A stretch of 64,000 nt of DNA from Mucilaginibacter sp. (GTDB lineage: Bacteria > Bacteroidota > Bacteroidia > Sphingobacteriales > Sphingobacteriaceae): contig JAQBOV010000073.1 of the NCBI GenBank assembly GCA_028287895.1, positions 3,088 through 67,087 on the forward strand. The letters are read 5' to 3'. Positions within the stretch are counted from its first letter, which is position 1. Each line of letters begins with the position of its first letter. The notes under the pieces are model-generated. The model ran no database searches. It saw only the letters and a program-made list of their open reading frames with translations, and was not told the origin of the DNA. Position numbers and translations under genes: made by a program. Shown here piece after piece: positions 58,400 to 64,000 of the stretch.

Positions 58400-59202
58400 A
58401 AAAATACCGATTAACATTATTGCTGTTTTTCAGCCTTTCGGCATTGATACTATCAGCATGTAATAAATATACTAATACGGACGGTACGGTAGTTAATATG
58501 CCGGTAGTCGAGTCGTATCTGGTAGCCGGCGACACACTTACTGTAAAAGTATACAATCAAAAATCATTGACCGATACAGCCCAGTTCGGATCCCCTATCA
58601 GCGGTTTAAAGGTGTATGTATCCGACGGCAGTAACAATGTACAGTTAACCGAAGCAGCAAAAGGAACTTATACTTATGATGATAAAAGCTTTTTGGCAAC
58701 GGGAAAAACCTACACGCTGCAGTTTAATTATCTGACGTTTAATGTATCTGCAAAAACAACGATGCCAGCCAAACCGATAAATTTCACTACGCAATACAGC
58801 ACAATAACGGTACCCTCATCATCTGGCCCTAACGCCCTTGTCGATACACTGGATAAATTAAGCTGGGACAACCCCGGTGCAGTAAATCATGTGTTGGTTT
58901 TCAAAAATTCAGACGGTTCCTCTTTTCCGATCGGCCGGGGCAACCGCCCTTCGGATTTCCAATTAAGTGCCGCAACCGCATCCGTCTATTCCCTGACCGA
59001 TCGGAGTTTTAGTTATTATGGCCATTACCGGGTGCTTTTATTTAGCGTCAACCAGGAGTATATTAATATTTTGACGAGCAATACACAAAGTTCTACCTCT
59101 CAAAATCTCATTAATGCGTCGACCAATATAGTAAACGGGTATGGTATCTTCACGGCCATGCAGGCCGCCGATACATTAAAGCTCACGGTATACTCTCAAT
59201 GA
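58390..59202 (+). CDS. DUF4249-like lipoprotein partner of the TonB-dependent receptor
   Basis: It has the lipobox LILSAC and overlaps the receptor gene by 10 nt. Size and position match the DUF4249 genes that follow this receptor class. Confidence 0.55.
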   Translation: MEIKKYRLTLLLFFSLSALILSACNKYTNTDGTVVNMPVVESYLVAGDTLTVKVYNQKSLTDTAQFGSPISGLKVYVSDGSNNVQLTEAAKGTYTYDDKSFLATGKTYTLQFNYLTFNVSAKTTMPAKPINFTTQYSTITVPSSSGPNALVDTLDKLSWDNPGAVNHVLVFKNSDGSSFPIGRGNRPSDFQLSAATASVYSLTDRSFSYYGHYRVLLFSVNQEYINILTSNTQSSTSQNLINASTNIVNGYGIFTAMQAADTLKLTVYSQ

Positions 59203-59485
59203 GGTATACCAGAGTGGTAGCGGCACAAGATATATCTATAATTAAATAACGTAATTGTTAATTATAAGCCTGAAAAGTTATGCGCTGATTAACAAACAGA
59301 TAAAAAAACAAACTCTATCGATTATTTCTTGTTACTTAATTAAATTTCCTTCATACGAATTTAAAAAGCTGGTAACATTGGAAAATCTTCTTCATAGTTT
59401 AACTTTTAAAGTGCAACGTCTTTTGGCTAATATTTCCAAAGCAAAATTTTTTGTTTTGGCAATCGCCAAAGAGATTGTTAGTCCG

Positions 59486-60241
59486 ATGCCTCAATTGCGC
59501 ATACTGTTTTCTGAAAAATGCGGGGGTGAACACCTTATCCGGAATGGATTTAAAATGCTTCCTCACCATGTAGATTTTGATGTGATCTCACCGGCGAAAA
59601 TCAAAAACTATGATCTGGTCATTCCATTAAATATGAAGGATCTACGGGCATTATATAAAGTCCCTGAACTGTTAAATAAGCAATTAATTCCAATCCCGGA
59701 CTTAAAGGCGATTAATATTTGTGATGACAAATTTTTATTTTACCAGATTCTTGTTGACAACGGATTCAAGGATTTTTTGCCTAAAACAGAGAAGAATCTG
59801 CCATTTCCATTTCTGCTAAAGAAAAAAGTGGCATCGGGCGGAGATGACTGTTATTTTATTACCAATCCCGAACTGAAAGAAGAGTTTATGGAACTAATTG
59901 ATAGTCCGGATTATTTTTGCCAGGAAATAATCGAGGGAAAAAGTGAATTTGATACGCATATCCTGTTTAAAAACCGTCAAATAGTCGCCTCCATGAGTAT
60001 TGAAAATTCTTTCGCAAAAGAGATCTATATTAAAGGTAAAGATGAGTTTATTTGCACAAAAATAGTCAAATGTCCTTACCTGGATATCTTTTCTGATATT
60101 CTTGAATCCATTGGCTTCGAGGGGCTTTGCTGTTTTAATTATAAAGAAAACCAGGGTAAACCTTCTATTTTTGAAATCAATCCCAGATTTGATGGAAGCC
60201 TGAGCAGGTATTTCTTCACATTTTTGCGTTGTTTAAATTAG
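59486..60241 (+). CDS. Small ATP-grasp fold protein (orphan)
   Basis: About 251 aa from ATG 59486. The motifs KKKVASGGDDCYF, FCQEIIEG and FEINPRFDGS are typical of an ATP-grasp core. The coding sequence is AT-rich. The track start at 59255 is TTG and crosses an AT-rich leader. Confidence 0.6.
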   Translation: MPQLRILFSEKCGGEHLIRNGFKMLPHHVDFDVISPAKIKNYDLVIPLNMKDLRALYKVPELLNKQLIPIPDLKAINICDDKFLFYQILVDNGFKDFLPKTEKNLPFPFLLKKKVASGGDDCYFITNPELKEEFMELIDSPDYFCQEIIEGKSEFDTHILFKNRQIVASMSIENSFAKEIYIKGKDEFICTKIVKCPYLDIFSDILESIGFEGLCCFNYKENQGKPSIFEINPRFDGSLSRYFFTFLRCLN

Positions 60242-60304
60242 AGAAGCACCCTGCTCATTCGGGGGAACTTATTTCAGGTGATACTATTCTGCATTGAACA
60301 GCCT

Positions 60305-60829
60305 TCAAAAAGTCTGACTTACCTTTCTGTCCGGGTAATCCAGCTTTTCACTCTTACGCACGCCGTTTACTATGATATGCACAATATTGATCTGATCGTC
60401 AAATAAATTATGCAACAGGCTATTATCCACATCTATTTTTTTAACAGCTGCTATTTTATCAGATTCGAGGTAGACATCCGTGGCCTCCTTGTTGATCTCA
60501 AATCCGAGATAACTTAACGGCAAGGCAGAAGGGCTAACTTTAATTTGCAAATGACTGGTCACATAATTTCTGACAAGAACATCCATCGCGGCATGCATTT
60601 CGGCTTTGTTAAGATCCGTTTTCTTATTGTACTGTTTTACCAAAGCTGCTTCAAAATCGTCGGTAAAAATTGTGCAGATGATTTCCAGCTTACCATCCTG
60701 TTTGTTAAAGCTTATATTAGTTGTGCTCACATGGATCGGATGCATGGCCTTAACCACTTGCTTTACCGGCAGCATTGCAGCTGCGGTAATCCAGAAATAA
60801 AATAACGGTCGACAAATTAAACCCCACAT
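60305..60829 (-). CDS. DUF6702-like protein
   Basis: A hydrophobic N-terminus is followed by HPIHVSTTNISFNKQDGKLEIICTIFTDDFE. I placed the start at ATG 60829, downstream of the M1 terminator hairpin, but the start is uncertain. Confidence 0.5.
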   Translation of the reverse strand: MWGLICRPLFYFWITAAAMLPVKQVVKAMHPIHVSTTNISFNKQDGKLEIICTIFTDDFEAALVKQYNKKTDLNKAEMHAAMDVLVRNYVTSHLQIKVSPSALPLSYLGFEINKEATDVYLESDKIAAVKKIDVDNSLLHNLFDDQINIVHIIVNGVRKSEKLDYPDRKVSQTF

Positions 60830-60881
60830 AACATTTCCAAGTTTGGTATTAAAAAACGGCTCAAATTTAGCGCTTTTATGC

Positions 60882-60915
60882 AAAAAACCGCCTGATTTAC
60901 GTCAGGCGGTTTTTT
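60882..60915 (-). terminator. Rho-independent terminator after the M1 peptidase gene
   Basis: AAAAAACCGCCTGA pairs with TCAGGCGGTTTTTT. The 8-bp GC core CCGCCTGA/TCAGGCGG has a 6-nt loop and flanking A6/T6 runs. Confidence 0.8.
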
Positions 60916-60935
60916 GCTTACATAAAGAATTATGT

Positions 60936-63332
60936 TTATTTACTACCAGACACCTGCATAGGATTTACGCCGCTTGACTGTCCGCGAACAGCACCGGCCT
61001 TTTGCTTGAATACCTGGAACTTTGACGGTTCAGGCAGTTTACCCCAGTAATTGTTTGTTTCATCAATATCTGCGGTTTCGCGCATCGGATCAAGCTTGAT
61101 TGAGGCTACTTCCTTATCCTGCACATAAAATTTGGATACATGCTTTTCGTTTAGTCTCCATATCTGCGCAGGTATGCGGTCCATTTGTTTAGTTCCGTCG
61201 GTAAAGGTGAACTCTACAATAATAGGCATCACTAAGCCGCCCTTATTGCTGAAGTTAAGCTCGTAAAAATATTTGCCCGTGTATTTCTGTTTATCCTCCT
61301 CAGTCAATGCAGCCGGGGCATTAGTTCCCTGCTGGTAGGTTTGAGCCTTTACCAGGCTGCTGAATTTATTGCTATCAACCGCGGCAAAGCCACGGTCATA
61401 TTTCCAGTAAAAGTCATGCACCGCTGTATCACGATCCACATAGAAGTTTACTTTCTTGTCTTGGCGGTTCCTGACTTTTGAAATATCGTCAAAATCGTTT
61501 ACCGCCGGCGGCGCAACTTTAGGAGCCATAGCGGCCCTTCTGCCCCCGAATGGCGCATCCCCATTCAGATCGGCTTTGGCGACTTTAACTGAGTCGAGTG
61601 AAATATCACAGGGCTCGGTTCCATAAAACCAGCCTCTCCAAAACCAGTCGAGGTTCTCGCCGCTGGCATCTTCCATAGTTCTGAAAAAATCGGCTGGTGT
61701 GGGGTGTTTGAATTCCCAGCGCCTTGCATATTGCTTAAAAGCGTAATCAAATAACTGCCGACCCATTATCGTCTCACGCAAAATATTTAGCGCGGTTGCC
61801 GGCTTGGTATAAGCATTTGGGCCAAATCTTACAATGTTTTCAGAATTGGTCATCGTGGGTTCCAACTCATTTTTGGGCAGCTTCATATAATCCACGATCG
61901 TATAAGCCGCTCCCTTTTTGCTTGGATATTTATTATCCCAAAGCTCCTCGGTAAGGTATTCCAAAAACGAGTTCAAACCTTCATCCATCCATGTCCACTG
62001 GCGTTCATCGCTGTTGACAATCATGGGAAAATAATTATGTCCCACTTCATGAATGATCACACCGATCATTCCGTTCTTGGTGCTTTCACTATAGGTGCCG
62101 TCCTTTTCGGTACGACCGTAGTTAAAACAGATCATCGGATATTCCATCCCATTAGAGGCCTCCACGCTCTGGGCAACAGGGTACGGAAAAGGAAAAGTAA
62201 AGCTTGAATAACTTTTAACGGTATGTGCTACCAGCCGGGTAGAAAATTTGCTGTATAAGTTGTAAGCCTCTTTGCCATAATAGCTCATACACATCACTTT
62301 CTTACCCTCAACGTCCTGACCCATTCCGTCCCAGATAAACTTACGGGAAGATGTCCATGCAAAATCGCGCACGTTATTAGCCTCGAAAAACCAGGTTTTT
62401 TTGGCTGAACTTGGATTTGCTTCTGCTTTTTTTGCCTCATCCAAAGTAACCATTTGTACCGGAACACTTGATATTTTTGCCTTGTTGTACCTGGCCAATT
62501 GGGCAGGAGATAAAACAGCGGCGTAATTGATGCACTCTCCGGTACCGCCAATGATATGGTCAGCCGGTACAGTCATTTGCACATGGAAATTACCAAAGGT
62601 TAGTGCAAACTCTCCCCTGCCTACAAACTGATGGTTTTGCCATCCCTGGAAGTCGCTGTAAACACACAAGCGCGGATACCACTGGGTCATGGTAAATAAA
62701 TAGTTGCCGTCGCCGGGGAAGTATTCATAACCGCCGCGACCGCCCTTGGTCATCCTGTCAGATATTTTATAGGACCATTTTACATTAAAAACAAACTGCT
62801 GTCCGGATCTTAACGCCACAGGAAGATCGATCCGCATCATCGTTTTATTAATTACATAGGGCAGCTTTTTCCCTGTAGCATCGGTGATGCTTGCAATTTT
62901 ATCGCCATAACCATTGTCTTCGCCTGGTTTTTCCATTCTATCAAGCGCCAGTGTGCCTGCGGCTTTTGGCATGGCTGAACTGTTCTGGTAGTTAGCATTG
63001 TCATTGTTGTTGTGCTCATTCTCATCCAGCTGCAGCCAGAGATAAGTCAGCGGATCGGGCGAATTATTATAATAAGTAATGGTTTCGCTGCCGGCAAGCT
63101 TTAAGGCTTTTTCATCCAGCTCGCATTTGATATTGTAATCTGCGCGCTGCTGCCAATACTTTACCCCGGGAGCGCCACTGGCGGTACGCTGCTCATTGGG
63201 CGTATTGAGAATGGTGCCCAATTGTTCAAACTTATTGCCATGGTTGCTGCCGGGATTATTCTGTATATCCTGCGCCCCAACCAGGCCGATACAAGTGAGA
63301 GAAACAAATAGTGATGTACAAACTTTTTTCAT
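60936..63332 (-). CDS. M1-family zinc metallopeptidase (secreted)
   Basis: It has a signal peptide, the gluzincin motif HEVGHNYFP and the downstream Glu in WMDEGLNSF. Confidence 0.9.
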   Translation of the reverse strand: MKKVCTSLFVSLTCIGLVGAQDIQNNPGSNHGNKFEQLGTILNTPNEQRTASGAPGVKYWQQRADYNIKCELDEKALKLAGSETITYYNNSPDPLTYLWLQLDENEHNNNDNANYQNSSAMPKAAGTLALDRMEKPGEDNGYGDKIASITDATGKKLPYVINKTMMRIDLPVALRSGQQFVFNVKWSYKISDRMTKGGRGGYEYFPGDGNYLFTMTQWYPRLCVYSDFQGWQNHQFVGRGEFALTFGNFHVQMTVPADHIIGGTGECINYAAVLSPAQLARYNKAKISSVPVQMVTLDEAKKAEANPSSAKKTWFFEANNVRDFAWTSSRKFIWDGMGQDVEGKKVMCMSYYGKEAYNLYSKFSTRLVAHTVKSYSSFTFPFPYPVAQSVEASNGMEYPMICFNYGRTEKDGTYSESTKNGMIGVIIHEVGHNYFPMIVNSDERQWTWMDEGLNSFLEYLTEELWDNKYPSKKGAAYTIVDYMKLPKNELEPTMTNSENIVRFGPNAYTKPATALNILRETIMGRQLFDYAFKQYARRWEFKHPTPADFFRTMEDASGENLDWFWRGWFYGTEPCDISLDSVKVAKADLNGDAPFGGRRAAMAPKVAPPAVNDFDDISKVRNRQDKKVNFYVDRDTAVHDFYWKYDRGFAAVDSNKFSSLVKAQTYQQGTNAPAALTEEDKQKYTGKYFYELNFSNKGGLVMPIIVEFTFTDGTKQMDRIPAQIWRLNEKHVSKFYVQDKEVASIKLDPMRETADIDETNNYWGKLPEPSKFQVFKQKAGAVRGQSSGVNPMQVSGSK

Positions 63333-63361
63333 TTATTATTTAATTAAGATCAGTTAATCAA

Positions 63362-63940
63362 TCAAAGCGGAATCCTTTCTAAAGCCATTTTAAGTGAGAG
63401 CGCAAACACTCCTGATGACAGGAAAAATATCCAGTCCTTTCTTTTGACCTTGAAAAAATTCAAAAACAATAAGCCAATCACCAAAATGACGGCAACTACC
63501 AAAATTTGCCCGGCTTCTAATCCCACATTAAAACCAAACAAGCCCCAACCTATCGTTTGGTCCCTGGCTAACATAATACGAATGGCGTTAGCGAACCCCA
63601 TCCCATGTATTAAACCGAAACACAGGGCAAGATAATAATTTATGCGTGTGCTTTTATTGGACGAATTAATTTGAAATATATTATTAAGGGCGGTAATGAA
63701 AATAGTACAGGGTATCAAAAACTCTACCCATTTACCCGGAAAGCGGATTACATCCAGGACACTTAACGCCAGGGTTAATGAATGTCCGATGGTAAATGCT
63801 GTTACCAGGATTAATACCCGCTTAATATCGGCAATGACATATACGCATGCCAGGGCCAATATAAACAGCTGATGATCCAGGGCATCCTTGCTGATGATAT
63901 GCTCCCAGCCCATTTTAAAATAAAAAGCAAAATCAGACAT
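63362..63940 (-). CDS. HupE/UreJ-family membrane protein
   Basis: 192 aa with about 6 transmembrane segments. The start ..GWEHIISKDALDHQLFILAL and the motif FTIGHSLTL are typical of HupE/UreJ. Confidence 0.75.
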   Translation of the reverse strand: MSDFAFYFKMGWEHIISKDALDHQLFILALACVYVIADIKRVLILVTAFTIGHSLTLALSVLDVIRFPGKWVEFLIPCTIFITALNNIFQINSSNKSTRINYYLALCFGLIHGMGFANAIRIMLARDQTIGWGLFGFNVGLEAGQILVVAVILVIGLLFLNFFKVKRKDWIFFLSSGVFALSLKMALERIPL

Positions 63941-64000
63941 CTGCAGAATTATTTTAATAGGTCAACATCTATGAAGCTGTCATTATAAACAGTATGCACC

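Noticed and set aside
1-64000. A search for tRNA, rRNA, tmRNA, CRISPR arrays, transposases, integrases, restriction-modification or other known defence genes.
   Set aside because: I found no T-loop/acceptor-type tRNA signatures, no regularly spaced direct repeats and no ORFs with recombinase, nuclease or ATPase defence-like motifs. This was a by-eye scan, so tRNAscan-SE, cmscan and DefenseFinder should confirm it.

Overview
This 64-kb window looks like a densely packed chromosomal core segment of a Bacteroidota genome. The Sphingobacteriia-like assignment is an inference from three things: CarboxypepD_reg/STN TonB-dependent receptors with DUF4249 partners, TAnnTTTG -7 promoter boxes, and a long-tailed S16. 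I can support about 64 protein-coding genes, most of them housekeeping. They cover translation and RNA (rplS, trmD, rimM, rpsP, dusB, rsfS, def), phospholipid synthesis (cdsA, psd), quality control and repair (ftsH, mfd), Fe-S assembly (nifU-like, mrp/apbC), carbon metabolism (pfkA, pullulanase with a LacI regulator, GntP permease with glycerate kinase), redox (a split DsbD) and several two-component systems. I found no rRNA, tRNA, CRISPR array, transposase, integrase or prophage gene. Start codons were refined by eye where the ORF track begins at a non-ATG or upstream codon. All domain names come from motif recognition, not from searches. I see no unambiguous new system. The best candidates for follow-up are: (1) a LytS/LytTR pair next to an STN-domain TonB-dependent transducer and a DUF4249 lipoprotein, with no sigma/FecR nearby; (2) an AT-rich island holding a polytopic membrane protein translationally coupled to a minimal NarL-type kinase and a LuxR-type regulator; (3) an operon of four small membrane proteins of unknown function, preceded by direct repeats and bordered by a 1.27-kb gene-poor structured region with one orphan Cys/His protein; (4) a ~130-bp nested palindrome between rpsP and rimM; (5) a membrane-protein/XRE operon whose promoter is bracketed by two palindromes; (6) an orphan AT-rich minimal ATP-grasp gene; and (7) a HupE / M1 peptidase / DUF6702 trio.
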